A stretch of DNA of 64,000 nucleotides from Candidatus Aminicenantes bacterium (GCA_963702005.1 OY969696.1:3488001-3552000), one strand, 5' to 3'. Positions 37,238 to 47,197 are shown, numbered from the stretch's first letter. Program-made: numbers and translations. Notes: generated from the sequence alone by a model not told the origin.

Positions 37238-38485
37238 CTAATTATTAAGAATAAGAAAAGCTATTCTAGGGGTCCACAAGGTGCTGTCTCCAACCGTGTT
37301 CCGAGTCACATTGAGATAAATGTTGGAACCCGTAGGATATTGAGTCGTTCCCAGATAGCCGATGTACTGATAACCGCAATCCGGAGGATTAGGGGGATTG
37401 CTACAGGAGGATGGCGGCTGCCTCACATAAACGTTGGACCACCCATTCTGATTAGTAATCGCCGGCTCGATCTGGGTTCCTTCGTTCCATTCGTTGAAAG
37501 AAATGACGTTGATGAAATGGGGTTGCGCCGACCTGGCATTAGTAAGCTCTTCATTAAAACTCCCGGTCCCATTGGGCGTGCGCACTCGGCAATAATCATT
37601 TTTTGAACGTCTCGCATTATATCCCGGAGCGACGCCTGCGGAATACATCCAGTTATCCTGCGTCGCCCAGGCATCGTTTGATCTGTCGTTATAATAAGCA
37701 GCCGAATGTAAAACTGTTGGAGAGTATGTATAGCTGCCGTCGAATCCGTTGTCCGTTACGCTCGAGAATGAAGTGGCACCATGCCCTAATACGATAAATG
37801 GCTCAGGCTGCCAGCTTCTTTTATCAGCACGAAAGATACAACCCCAATCCCCCCATATCCCTTCACCACATCCCCCTGGTTGAGTATCCGGGGCAAAAAG
37901 ATAAAAAACGGGTCTATAGGCATTAGAATTATCAACATAAGTATTATATTTGACCCTGTACTGCTTCCCCTGCGTCCTGGTAAGCAGTTCTCGAATGTCC
38001 GTTTGAACTTTACTATAACTCCGACCAGAATAGTTCCTAATGCCTAGAGCGATTCGGATCGACGAACCCGTATAAAGTTGGGTCGCGATCTGTTGGATGA
38101 GGTCGAGGTTCGGCTGCCCTACCTGTCCATATGAAAGGATGGCCGCTTTTACGCCCGCCGTCGAAATATTGCTTCGATGAGCGCTCAATACCGAATTATT
38201 AGCACTCGAATATCGGCCTTGGACCGGCCAATAAACAGCTGCAATATCGTTCGGCGTTGACGCAGAGTGAGAATGCGTGCCCGACGTGCTGCCACATTGG
38301 CTTCCGGGGCTAATTTGCGGTAGCCCTCTTCCGCCATCTTGGTAATCCCAATTGCCCGGGAACCATCCGTAATAGTGGATTAGAGTGTATGGGTTGGGAG
38401 CCGACGCATACAATAATGCCACCATTACGATCACAAGGACCGCCACAAACGCTAAGGCCAATCTAATTATAGTCTTATTGTTCAT
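37238..38485 (-). CDS. GH99-like glycoside hydrolase (endo-alpha-mannanase-like), secreted
   Basis: HYYGWF, P..GRYSS, GFDGSYTY, VAPGYN, and ISFNEWNEGTQIEPA matching the GH99 catalytic motif; low GC. Confidence 0.75.
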   Translation of the reverse strand: MNNKTIIRLALAFVAVLVIVMVALLYASAPNPYTLIHYYGWFPGNWDYQDGGRGLPQISPGSQCGSTSGTHSHSASTPNDIAAVYWPVQGRYSSANNSVLSAHRSNISTAGVKAAILSYGQVGQPNLDLIQQIATQLYTGSSIRIALGIRNYSGRSYSKVQTDIRELLTRTQGKQYRVKYNTYVDNSNAYRPVFYLFAPDTQPGGCGEGIWGDWGCIFRADKRSWQPEPFIVLGHGATSFSSVTDNGFDGSYTYSPTVLHSAAYYNDRSNDAWATQDNWMYSAGVAPGYNARRSKNDYCRVRTPNGTGSFNEELTNARSAQPHFINVISFNEWNEGTQIEPAITNQNGWSNVYVRQPPSSCSNPPNPPDCGYQYIGYLGTTQYPTGSNIYLNVTRNTVGDSTLWTPRIAFLILNN

Positions 38486-38496
38486 CGAGTTTACTC

Positions 38497-39837
38497 CTAT
38501 CTCACGACATCGATAGCCGCGGAGCAGGCGCTCGAGTTGCCGCTCGCATCGGTCGCCACATAAGTGACGACATAAGTCCTCTTCGCCTTCCCTTGAGAGA
38601 TCTCGGCCCGCAGCTTGAAATCGGTGTCGGCCGAGCGGTAGTCTTCTTCCTGAACATCTATAGGGATGTCGTCAATATCCATATTGCTTTGCGGCTGATC
38701 CGATCCGATAGAGGAAAGAAGAATGAGTGGAGCTACTCCAGAATTGTCCGTAGCGCTCAAGCTGGCATGAATGGGAACCATGCGGCGATCGGCAGGACCT
38801 ATTGTTTGTGGAGATATTTCAACCTTTAATACCGGCGGCTCGGTATCGCCGTCGCCGATATCGACTCGGGAGCTCGCATCGCTGTTGACGAACCTGCGAG
38901 TTCCGAAGACGTTATTGAGGGCCGATATGCGTCCTCCCTTGGAGTCGTTGTAAATGTCATAAACCTGATTTTCGCCGATCTCATTTTTCCCGCCGCTCCA
39001 GCCCCCGCCCCCCAGGTCGACCATCGTCCTGAGGTCTGGAGTCCCCTGATCGAACCACAGCCCCGTGACGAGGTTGTTCTCGATCTTATTCCCCTCTAGT
39101 ATGATCCTGGTGTCTTTGTCGTTCTTGTATCTGGTCCCGACATGAACTCCGTGCCGATTATTGACGACGGTACAACTAAACAGGTGGAGATCCGCCTCGG
39201 ACGTGAACACCCCGGTGAAATTATCGGTGATCTGCGAATTCGCGCAATAAACCGTTCCTGTCGTGAGGACGGCGCCGATCCCATAATGATTCCGGATAAG
39301 CGTTGTCCCATTGATCATCACAGAGGCATCGCAGACGGCCGTCTCTACCCCGACCGAGCAAGAGTCTATCGTGCAGAAATTCACCTCGACCGTCTTGGCG
39401 CCCTTCCGGATGGCAATGCCAATGGGCATCTCGACGTCCGCATTTCCCGCCTGAGACTTGTCCGGGATCAAAGTTACGTTGTCGACGGATCCCGACGCTT
39501 CAAAACGGATGATCGAAGCTTCCGACAGGCTCCCGATGATAACCGTTGTCCCGCTTGACGCACCGTGCAAATTGACCGGCCGTTTTATTCTAAGGTTTTC
39601 ATGATAGGATCCCGCCGCCACATGGATATGGGCATTCTTGGCGGCAACCGCTATGGCCTTAGAAATTGAATCGAAAGGATGCAATGATGAGCCGTCCTGT
39701 TTTCCTATTGAGCCGCTGCGGCTTACGTAGATCGTTGGCATCCCGGATCTGAGAAAGGCCCGCGTCAAGTCAGTTGACGTGAAAAAGACCAAAGCAAGAA
39801 CAAGAAAAAAGAAAAGAAGAATAAGACGCCTCATCAC
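38497..39837 (-). CDS. Secreted DUF1565/right-handed beta-helix protein with a C-terminal Ig-like domain
   Basis: IYVS..DGS..PFDSISKAI..VAAGSYHE; Asn-ladder repeats; LRAE..RTYVVTYVATDASGN. Confidence 0.75.
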   Translation of the reverse strand: MMRRLILLFFFLVLALVFFTSTDLTRAFLRSGMPTIYVSRSGSIGKQDGSSLHPFDSISKAIAVAAKNAHIHVAAGSYHENLRIKRPVNLHGASSGTTVIIGSLSEASIIRFEASGSVDNVTLIPDKSQAGNADVEMPIGIAIRKGAKTVEVNFCTIDSCSVGVETAVCDASVMINGTTLIRNHYGIGAVLTTGTVYCANSQITDNFTGVFTSEADLHLFSCTVVNNRHGVHVGTRYKNDKDTRIILEGNKIENNLVTGLWFDQGTPDLRTMVDLGGGGWSGGKNEIGENQVYDIYNDSKGGRISALNNVFGTRRFVNSDASSRVDIGDGDTEPPVLKVEISPQTIGPADRRMVPIHASLSATDNSGVAPLILLSSIGSDQPQSNMDIDDIPIDVQEEDYRSADTDFKLRAEISQGKAKRTYVVTYVATDASGNSSACSAAIDVVR

Positions 39838-39978
39838 CTAACCCCCTTTCAGAAGTAAAAAAAATTCTCTAAAACCTTACCCCTCTTTCTCGTCAATTAC
39901 ACAATATAAACACAAACGAACCCTTGTCAAGTGATAAAAATAAGGTGGATTCACGATGCCGATGCCGAGCCGTGGGAT

Positions 39979-41293
39979 TCAATGCCGGAGGAGCAGAATC
40001 TCGAAATCCGGCCCGTGTTCCCTGGCGAAATGGACGGCGTTGTAATACCATTGGCCCGGCCCCCGCTCGGCGGCGTCTGCGCGGGCCCCGCGTTCAAGGA
40101 GCAGCCTGGCCGCCTCGAATTGATTCGCTTCGGCGGCGGCGATGATCGGGGTGAGCCCGTCTCGGCAGTGCGTATCCAGGGCGGCCCTGCATCGATTAAA
40201 ACCCCCATCATCTCCAGGTCGCCGGCGAACGAGGCCTTGATCGGCGGCCCACCGCATGGCCGTGATGTCATGCGAGCCCGATCTTTCGATATCCCCGGCA
40301 GGCGCTGGGCAGACACTCGTCATCGATCACAGCGCCCTTGTCCAGAAGCAGACGGACGATGCCGGGATGGAGCCCCAAACAGGCCATGTCGAGCGGCGTC
40401 CGATTCAGTCGATCGGCGGCGTTGACGTCCGCGCCGTGATCCAGCAGGAGTCCGACCGCCTCCTCCGAACCGCTCAGGCAGGCTCCAAGGAGCGCCCTTC
40501 GCCCCTGCGGATCCATCGCGTTGACATTTATCCGGCGGGCTAGCATGAGCCTCACTTGGGCCGCGTCCCCCTGGGAGGCGAAGCGGACCAGCCTTCGGGT
40601 GTCGAGGTTGGCCAGCGTCAACGACCGGAGCACGATCAGTATGATCACCAGCGCCGAGACGGAAAGCGCGGACACGCGCAGGAACGGGCTCAGGCTCGAG
40701 CCGGCCGCGACGTGCCGGACGGGCGCCCGTTCGATCCAGTCTCCCGGCGCGGCCCGATTGACGGCTCGGGAGACCCAAGCGACGATGACCAGAAAGACGA
40801 CGACTTGGACGAGGCTCAGAGAAAAAACCCAGTCGATCGACCGGGGATCCCAAGGAAAATAAGGCCGGTAGAGGTCCGGAATCCAGTGAAGGAGGAACAG
40901 GCCGGCATTCATGGCCAGGCTGAGGAGCAGGCCGCCGAGGATGGCCTCCTTCCCCAGCACCCGCTTCCGGCGTCGACCGATATAAGGAGCGTTGTAGGCC
41001 GTGAGGGCCGCGGCGGCCGCCCCGGGAAGGCTGCCGAGCCAGAGAAAGACGATTTCGATAAGGTCGCCGATGCCTTCCGGCCCCCTGGGTCTTATATGGA
41101 ACTTCTCCTGGAAACCGGCGACCCAGGGGGTGAAGATCTGTCCGAGGTTCGCGGGAAGTTCGCCTTTGCCGATGTCCCTGGCAATGTCGAACAGCCGCAG
41201 GACCATCGGCGCCAGGATGATGATCAGCGCGATCAGGACGAAATTCCCCCAATCGCGCTTGGCTTTTAGGAAGGCCTCGCTCGTTTCCTCCAT
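39979..41293 (-). pseudogene. Membrane protein with ankyrin repeats, frameshifted
   Basis: Ankyrin repeats (LLLDHGADVNA, TPLDMAC) stop at 40268 and resume in other frames (GLTPIIAAA..LLLERGA). Confidence 0.7.
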
Positions 41294-41322
41294 CTTGTCC
41301 TCACTATTTAATACGGATCGAG

Positions 41323-41479
41323 CGGCCGGCGCGTCGGCCTCCATCAGGAGCTCCTGAAAAGCGGCCTGAGGCGGCGCTCGGCCACAAAGGCGAGCTTCAG
41401 GTGGGCGATGAACTCCAAGTAGTCCATCACCTCCTGCCGGCCGCTGTCATCACCCTGCCGGTAGGTGATCTTGCCCTCG
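41323..41479 (-). mobile_element. IS91-like (Y2/HUH) transposase C-terminal remnant, internally deleted
   Basis: EGKITYRQGDD..MDYLEFIA joined directly to HLKLAFVAER..QAAFQELLMEA; recognised from memory of IS91-like transposase C-termini. Confidence 0.65.
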
Positions 41480-41555
41480 AGCAAGACCGGTGTAAATTTG
41501 AAAAGAAGGACACACTGTCTTAGAGAAAAAGTATTAGCCAAAATAAATCCCGACC

Positions 41556-43118
41556 CTATTTTTCTTTACGATAATACTGGATACAGTCGCGCAACACGGA
41601 ATAGGCCTGCATGAGGTCTTCCTCGGCGATGACGAACATGAAGGTCGCCCGCGTGGAAATGAAGTCCATGATATTGATCTTCATATTGGAAAGTTGATTG
41701 ATAAAAAAGGCAAAAAGTCCGGGCACGTCTATGCCCGGCACGCCGTCCCACGCCCTGGGCTCCCGGATTCTAATCACGGCCACCTTCTCCCGAATTTCGA
41801 CGGCCTGGGTCATGATGCTCTGAAAAGAGGCTCGTGTTTCTCTATCAAGAATGAGGGTAATCTCCCCCCCAGCCTGGTTGACGAATAGCACTCGATCCGG
41901 GTCCAAGGGGATCTTTTGGGTGATATCATTGATCGCCGACAGGATCCTGTCGGTGCGGCTGAATGTCATGTGCAGGATATCGTCCCTCATTGACACTTGG
42001 CAATAAGCGATGATTTTCGCCAGGTTCTTTTCAACGTCCGCTTGGTCGAGGTCCAAGCGATTCCCTGTCGTCTCCCTTGTGTTCTTGGCCACGGGGGATC
42101 CCGGGCCCATGGGGGATTTTTGTCCTCCCTGAAGGATTTCCGCCAAAATAACATCAAGTTCGGAGCCGAGCTTCAGCGCGGACTCAAAACGCCGTTCCGG
42201 TTTCTTCTCCAGGCATCTCAGGATCAATTGGCTGACCGCTTCCGGAATCTGGGGATTGAAATCCCTGGGGTCCTTGGGCCTTTCGACCTTGTGCTTCAGG
42301 GCGATGGACAGCGCCGTATCCCCCTCAAACGGCACACGTCCGGCCAGCATTTCATAGAGGATCACTCCCAGCGAATAAATATCAGACCGCCGGTCCGCCT
42401 CCCTTGCCTCGGCTTGCTCGGGCGACATGTATTCGGCGGTGCCTATGATGACTCTCGTGCCGGTCATCCCCTTGGCCTGAACGGAGCGGGCGATTCCAAA
42501 ATCCATGATCCGGGCGTTTCCCTCCTTGTCAATCAGGATATTGCTCGGCTTCAAGTCCCGATGGACGACTCCCAGTCGATGGGCTTCCGCCAGTCCCTGG
42601 CAGATCTGTTTGGCTAGGGACAGGGCGGTTCCAACCTCCAACCGCTTGGACATTCGGATCAGGCTCTTCAGGTCCTCTCCAGGCACATATTCCATGGTGA
42701 TGAAGGCCGTTCCCTTGTCCTCGCCCAAATCGAACATTCTGCAAACGTTGGGGTGGGAGATCATCCGGGTCATCTTCAGCTCGTTGCGAAAACGCTCGAT
42801 TGTCTTCTTGTCCAGGGCGATATCGGGCCTGATGAGCTTGAGCGCGATTTCGGCGTTGACCTTTTTGTCTTCAACCCGATAGACTTTGCCCATTCCCCCT
42901 TGACCGAGCTCTTCGATCACCTCGTAGCGACCGGCGAACAAGGTCCCCCGTTTGAGTTCGCCGATGTTCGTTTCCAGGGTTTTAGTGAAAGTAGGTTGTC
43001 CGTCCAGAGCCGAGGGATTTCCCGGAGCGGAGGAGTCCAGCTTCGTTCCGCATTCCCCGCAGAATTTCAACGTCTCGGGATTCTCCAAATGACATTTCGG
43101 ACACTTGATAGCCACCAT
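41556..43118 (-). CDS. Hanks-type Ser/Thr kinase with an N-terminal double zinc ribbon and a C-terminal ACT-like domain
   Basis: CPKC..CGECG; LGQGGMG, HRDLKPSN, DFG, YMSPEQ; C-terminus DVPGLFAFFINQLSNMKINIMDFIST..FVIAEED. Confidence 0.9.
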   Translation of the reverse strand: MVAIKCPKCHLENPETLKFCGECGTKLDSSAPGNPSALDGQPTFTKTLETNIGELKRGTLFAGRYEVIEELGQGGMGKVYRVEDKKVNAEIALKLIRPDIALDKKTIERFRNELKMTRMISHPNVCRMFDLGEDKGTAFITMEYVPGEDLKSLIRMSKRLEVGTALSLAKQICQGLAEAHRLGVVHRDLKPSNILIDKEGNARIMDFGIARSVQAKGMTGTRVIIGTAEYMSPEQAEAREADRRSDIYSLGVILYEMLAGRVPFEGDTALSIALKHKVERPKDPRDFNPQIPEAVSQLILRCLEKKPERRFESALKLGSELDVILAEILQGGQKSPMGPGSPVAKNTRETTGNRLDLDQADVEKNLAKIIAYCQVSMRDDILHMTFSRTDRILSAINDITQKIPLDPDRVLFVNQAGGEITLILDRETRASFQSIMTQAVEIREKVAVIRIREPRAWDGVPGIDVPGLFAFFINQLSNMKINIMDFISTRATFMFVIAEEDLMQAYSVLRDCIQYYRKEK

Positions 43119-43363
43119 TGGGCCTCTATATCTTTCAATTTATAGAATAACAAGGAATCGTGTCCTAGTCAAAGAAAGACAAATCTCGCCATTTGCCGCG
43201 GCTAGATCCAGAGATCCAACAGCCTTGGATTGTGACCAAATTGTGACCCTCTTGGGTATGCTTCGGCATATTTCCGCATACCTGCAGATACCTTCGTTAA
43301 ATTGTAAGTCTCTGATAAATCGAACTATTACTTTATTTTATGGAGGTTGAGAGAATCGTCGGT

Positions 43364-43406
43364 CTGCATCCGGAGTCAGTCGCTCTATCCACTGAGCTGC
43401 AGGCGC
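43364..43406 (-). pseudogene. tRNA-Arg(CCG) 5' half remnant
   Basis: GCGCCTG-CA-GCTCAGTGGATAGAGC-G-ACTGA-CTCCGGA-T: acceptor 5' strand, D arm and anticodon CCG; no T arm or 3' acceptor strand. Confidence 0.7.
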
Positions 43407-43410
43407 AGGG

Positions 43411-43474
43411 TCAGAAGCTCCTGAAAAGCGGCCTGAGGCGGCGGGGGACGCTCGGCCACAAAGGCGAGATTCAG
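43411..43474 (-). mobile_element. Second IS91-like transposase C-terminal remnant
   Basis: Direct repeat of 41344-41400 (2 substitutions and a 7-bp indel); encodes LNLAFVAERPPPPQAAFQELL. Confidence 0.7.
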
Positions 43475-43480
43475 ACGCGG

Positions 43481-45073
43481 CTACACCGCCTTGGCGAAGT
43501 TTGCGGTGACCGTCTTATTGCCGTTCATCGTGATCGTCTTGGGATTCGTGGCGCCGGATGCGTCGCCGCTCCAATGCCCGAATCTGTACCCCGGCTTGGC
43601 CTTGGCCGTGATGCTGACCGATGTCCCTTCATCATACGTATGGGTCCCCGGCACGGGATTGGTTGTCCCTCCGGGTCCAGCGGCGATTTTCAGCATATAC
43701 CTTCGAGGAGCACCGGCGTTTCCCGTGTTGACGTTGTTCCGCCTGAATTTCGGCCAGGGCGAATCCGCCAGGCCGCGGCTGCCGGTGTTCAGGGCGATGA
43801 GGCCGAGGATGCTATGGGTTGCCACGTACAACGTTCCGTCGCCCGCCAGGGCCGGCCCCTGGTCGTGGAGGGACCAGATGTCATTGTCCATCCACACCAC
43901 TTTGCCGCGCGGCGACATGGCGTAGAGCAATCCGACCTCGTTCCCGAAATAAAGGACCCCGTTCGAATCGATCGCGGGAGAATTGTAGATGTCGGGGGGA
44001 TTGATCTTGGCGGGCGGCAGGTCTTTCACATCGTCATACGTGTCGTACTTCCATTTGATTCGACCGCTGGGTGAAATCGCATAGAACCAGGCTGGGACGT
44101 TCAACGGATGGTGGGTGGTTCCGGCGTACAAGGTCCCGTCGGGCCCGATCGAAGGCGAGGCTTCGATCCACAGGCGGGTCACTACGGACCACTTGAGCGT
44201 CCCGTCCCTCGGATTAATCGCCAGGATCTTCGCCTCTTTGGATGCCCTTAGCTTATCGTCGGGATCTGCGGAATCCGCGTAACGGCCGACCGCCGAGTAG
44301 ATGGTGCCGTCCGCGCCGATGATCGGAGCCGCCGTGCCTCCAACGTCGTGAGTTCGCCACTTCAGGGTCCCGTTCGGGCGAAAGGCGAAGACGCCGCCTT
44401 CAACGGTTTCTTGTCCGTGTCCGCCGGCTTGCGTGTTCACATAGATCGTACCGTCCGCCCCGACGGTCGGGCCGCTATGGTGGCTTCCCGTCGTGACTAT
44501 CCCGGATTCCATATAGTTGTCCCTCAGCGGGAAATCGAAACGCCATTTCCTCGTTCCGTTCCTGTAAAAAGCATAAAGGCTGTAGAGTCCGCAGGCATAG
44601 ACGGTCCCGTTGGATGCAATCGCCGGCGTGAATCCGGTGTTGGGAACGGGTGCCTGCCAGCCAATGGCTTCGGACGTCCACCGGCGATGCCCGGAGGAAT
44701 CTAGTGAAATCAGCACCGCGTCCATGCGGTCGGGGTTGTTGGCGTTGCCGGCGATAAAGTACAGATTGTCTTGTCTGTCCAGTGCGACGCTTGAATGGAC
44801 GGCCCGGCCCAGTTTCCGTTTCCACTTGAGAGTGCCGTCGGATCGTATCGCATACATGACGTCGGAGGAAGGGCCGGCGAAGGTTAAGCCAGTACCGATG
44901 TAGATGGTGCCGTCTGAACCGACCGCGGGGGATTGAACCACTGTGACCTCCATCGGAAACGTCCAGAGGCGGTGGCTGGCGGTCGGCCGGGCGGACAGCA
45001 AATCACAAAGCAGAATGAGGATAACGGATGCAGGACGGCCCGGCGATTCGCGTTTTCGGAACCGATGAGGCAT
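43481..45073 (-). CDS. PQQ-like beta-propeller repeat protein with a C-terminal InlB B-repeat-like domain
   Basis: SPAVGSDGTIY and DGTLKW repeats, SPWPKFR, AKPGYRFGHWSGD..ITMNGNKTVTANF; start position uncertain. Confidence 0.8.
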   Translation of the reverse strand: MPHRFRKRESPGRPASVILILLCDLLSARPTASHRLWTFPMEVTVVQSPAVGSDGTIYIGTGLTFAGPSSDVMYAIRSDGTLKWKRKLGRAVHSSVALDRQDNLYFIAGNANNPDRMDAVLISLDSSGHRRWTSEAIGWQAPVPNTGFTPAIASNGTVYACGLYSLYAFYRNGTRKWRFDFPLRDNYMESGIVTTGSHHSGPTVGADGTIYVNTQAGGHGQETVEGGVFAFRPNGTLKWRTHDVGGTAAPIIGADGTIYSAVGRYADSADPDDKLRASKEAKILAINPRDGTLKWSVVTRLWIEASPSIGPDGTLYAGTTHHPLNVPAWFYAISPSGRIKWKYDTYDDVKDLPPAKINPPDIYNSPAIDSNGVLYFGNEVGLLYAMSPRGKVVWMDNDIWSLHDQGPALAGDGTLYVATHSILGLIALNTGSRGLADSPWPKFRRNNVNTGNAGAPRRYMLKIAAGPGGTTNPVPGTHTYDEGTSVSITAKAKPGYRFGHWSGDASGATNPKTITMNGNKTVTANFAKAV

Positions 45074-45269
45074 TGATGTATTTATTACTTTTATACCGGT
45101 TTTATAGCAGGTTGTCAACGGAAGATGGATTTCGGCAACCGAAAAATTCGGGGTCCTCAGGGCCGATTCGAACCGCGAATGCGATTGATCGTTGTTATCA
45201 AGTATATCGAGATCCCCCGCGCTCGACAGTTAATTTCCTCGAAAAAACGGGAGCTCGCGTCGGCGCGAG

Positions 45270-45298
45270 TTGCGCCCGCTCCCCTTTTTTGTTAAAAT
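45270..45298 (+). promoter_or_regulatory. Putative sigma70 promoter of yebC-ruvCAB
   Basis: TTGCGC-N17-TAAAAT with an extended TG. Confidence 0.55.
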
Positions 45299-45326
45299 TG
45301 AATCCCAATCCCAAGAGGAGAATCAT

Positions 45327-46082
45327 ATGTCCGGACATTCCAAGTGGGCTTCTATCAAGCATAAAAAGGCGGCGGCCGACTCGAAACGGGGCAAGGTCTT
45401 CACCAAGATCATCCGCGAGATCGCGGTGGCGGCCAAGGTGGGCGGCGGAGACCCCGATAAAAACCCCCGGCTTCGCAAGGCCGTCAACGACGCCCGGGCC
45501 TGCAACATGCCCGCCGACAACATCAAGCGGGCGATCATGAAGGGGACGGGCCAGCTCGAGGGGACGAGCTACGAAGAGGTCATCTATGAGGGCTACGGGC
45601 CGGGCGGAGTCGCCATCTTCGTCACCACCCTGACCGACAACAAGAACCGGACCGTATCCGAGATCCGCCACATCTTCGCCAAGAACGGCGGCCAGATCGG
45701 GACCCAGGGCTGCGTCGCCTTCCGCTTCAAGCGCCAGGGCTACGTCGTCGTCGCCAAGGACAAGGCCGACGAGGACAAGCTCATGGAGATCGCCCTCAAC
45801 GCCGGCGCCGAGGACATCAGGGATGAAGGCGACACCTGGGAGATTATCATGACGCCCGATAAATACGAGACCGTCCTCGAGGCCGTCAAGACGGCCGGGA
45901 TCGAAATCGCGGACTCGAACGTCGGGCACCTCCCCCAGGACTACACCAAGCTCGAGGGAAAGCCCGCCCAGCAGGTCGTCAAACTCGTCGAGGAGCTCGA
46001 AGACCACGATGACGTCCAGACCGTCGCCGCCAATTTCGACATCGCCGAGGACGAGCTCGCCCGGATCGCGGCCGAAGCCTGA
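45327..46082 (+). CDS. yebC: YebC/PmpR family protein
   Basis: MSGHSKW..IKHKK, YEGYGPGG, TDNKNRT, LEDHDDVQ. Confidence 0.97.
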   Translation: MSGHSKWASIKHKKAAADSKRGKVFTKIIREIAVAAKVGGGDPDKNPRLRKAVNDARACNMPADNIKRAIMKGTGQLEGTSYEEVIYEGYGPGGVAIFVTTLTDNKNRTVSEIRHIFAKNGGQIGTQGCVAFRFKRQGYVVVAKDKADEDKLMEIALNAGAEDIRDEGDTWEIIMTPDKYETVLEAVKTAGIEIADSNVGHLPQDYTKLEGKPAQQVVKLVEELEDHDDVQTVAANFDIAEDELARIAAEA

Positions 46083-46093
46083 GGCGCCGCCCG

Positions 46094-46597
46094 ATGAGGG
46101 TCCTCGGCATCGATCCCAGCAGCCAGGCCACCGGCTTCGGGATCATCGAGGACCAGGGCGCCCGCTTCGCCCCCCTCTGTTACGGGACGATCAAGCCGAC
46201 CCGGACTCTTCCCTTCCACCTCAAGCTCAATGAGATCCGCGCCGACCTCGAGCGGATCATCGCCGAATACGAGCCCGGCGAGGTCGCCCTCGAAAGCGCC
46301 TTCTACGCCCAGAACGTCAAGACGGCCCTGGCCCTCGGCCAGGTCCGGGGCGCCTGCCTGGTCGCCGTCGCCTCCCGCGCCTGCGGCCTGTTCGAGTACT
46401 CGGCCCTCGAGATCAAGAAGGCCGTCACCGGCTACGGCCAGGCCGACAAGGCCCAGGTCCTGAGCATGGTCAAGGCCCTTCTGGGGATCGACGACCCGGG
46501 CCTCGACGCCGACGCCGCCGACGCCCTGGCGGCCGCCATCTGCCATCTCAACTCCCGGAGCTTCCAGGCGCGTCTCAAGGAATCCGGAGTGAAGTAA
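46094..46597 (+). CDS. ruvC: Holliday junction resolvase
   Basis: VLGIDP..TGFGI, LGQVRG, IKKAVTGYGQADK, DAADALA.AICH. Confidence 0.97.
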   Translation: MRVLGIDPSSQATGFGIIEDQGARFAPLCYGTIKPTRTLPFHLKLNEIRADLERIIAEYEPGEVALESAFYAQNVKTALALGQVRGACLVAVASRACGLFEYSALEIKKAVTGYGQADKAQVLSMVKALLGIDDPGLDADAADALAAAICHLNSRSFQARLKESGVK

Positions 46598-46609
46598 AGG
46601 ACGCCCGCC

Positions 46610-47197
46610 ATGATCGCCCATCTCAAAGGAACCCTCGCTCAGAAGACAACCGGCCTGGTCGTCATCGACACGGGCGGCGTCGGCTACGCCGCGGCCATCC
46701 CGCTTTCGACCTTCATCCGGATCGGCGATGTCGGCCAGCCCGTCGAGCTCCACATCTACACCCATCTGACGGATAACGCCCTGTCCCTGTTCGGGTTCGC
46801 GACGCGCGAGGAGAAGGAGATTTTCCTCAAGCTCATCGCCGTTTCGGGGATCGGGCCCAAGCTGGCCATGAACATCCTGTCCGGCATCGAGCCGGCCGAC
46901 CTCGCGGCGGCCGTCCGGGACGGCGACGTCGTCCGCCTGACCATGATCCCGGGCATCGGGAAGAAAACCGCCCTCCGCATCGCCATGGAGCTCCAGGACA
47001 AGCTCGAGAAAAAGGAAAAGGTCCTCGCCGGCCAGGATTCCCGGGAGCGGGAGGATCTCGTCTCGGCCCTCCTTAACATGGGATTCCGGCGCAATGAGGT
47101 GGACCGCGTCGCGGACGACGTCCTCCGCTCGCTCACGGCCAAGGCGGGGTTCGAGAAGCTCCTCCGCGAAAGCCTCAAACGCCTGGCCAAGCTTTAA
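46610..47197 (+). CDS. ruvA: Holliday junction branch migration protein
   Basis: MIAHLKG, GGVGY, VSGIGPKLA, IPGIGKKTA. Confidence 0.97.
   Translation: MIAHLKGTLAQKTTGLVVIDTGGVGYAAAIPLSTFIRIGDVGQPVELHIYTHLTDNALSLFGFATREEKEIFLKLIAVSGIGPKLAMNILSGIEPADLAAAVRDGDVVRLTMIPGIGKKTALRIAMELQDKLEKKEKVLAGQDSREREDLVSALLNMGFRRNEVDRVADDVLRSLTAKAGFEKLLRESLKRLAKL

Noticed and set aside
45150-45176. Minus-strand GGTTCGAATC, resembling a tRNA T-loop at the island's right edge
   Set aside because: The T stem does not pair properly and the downstream bases do not complement the tRNA-Arg 5' fragment; too short to call an att site
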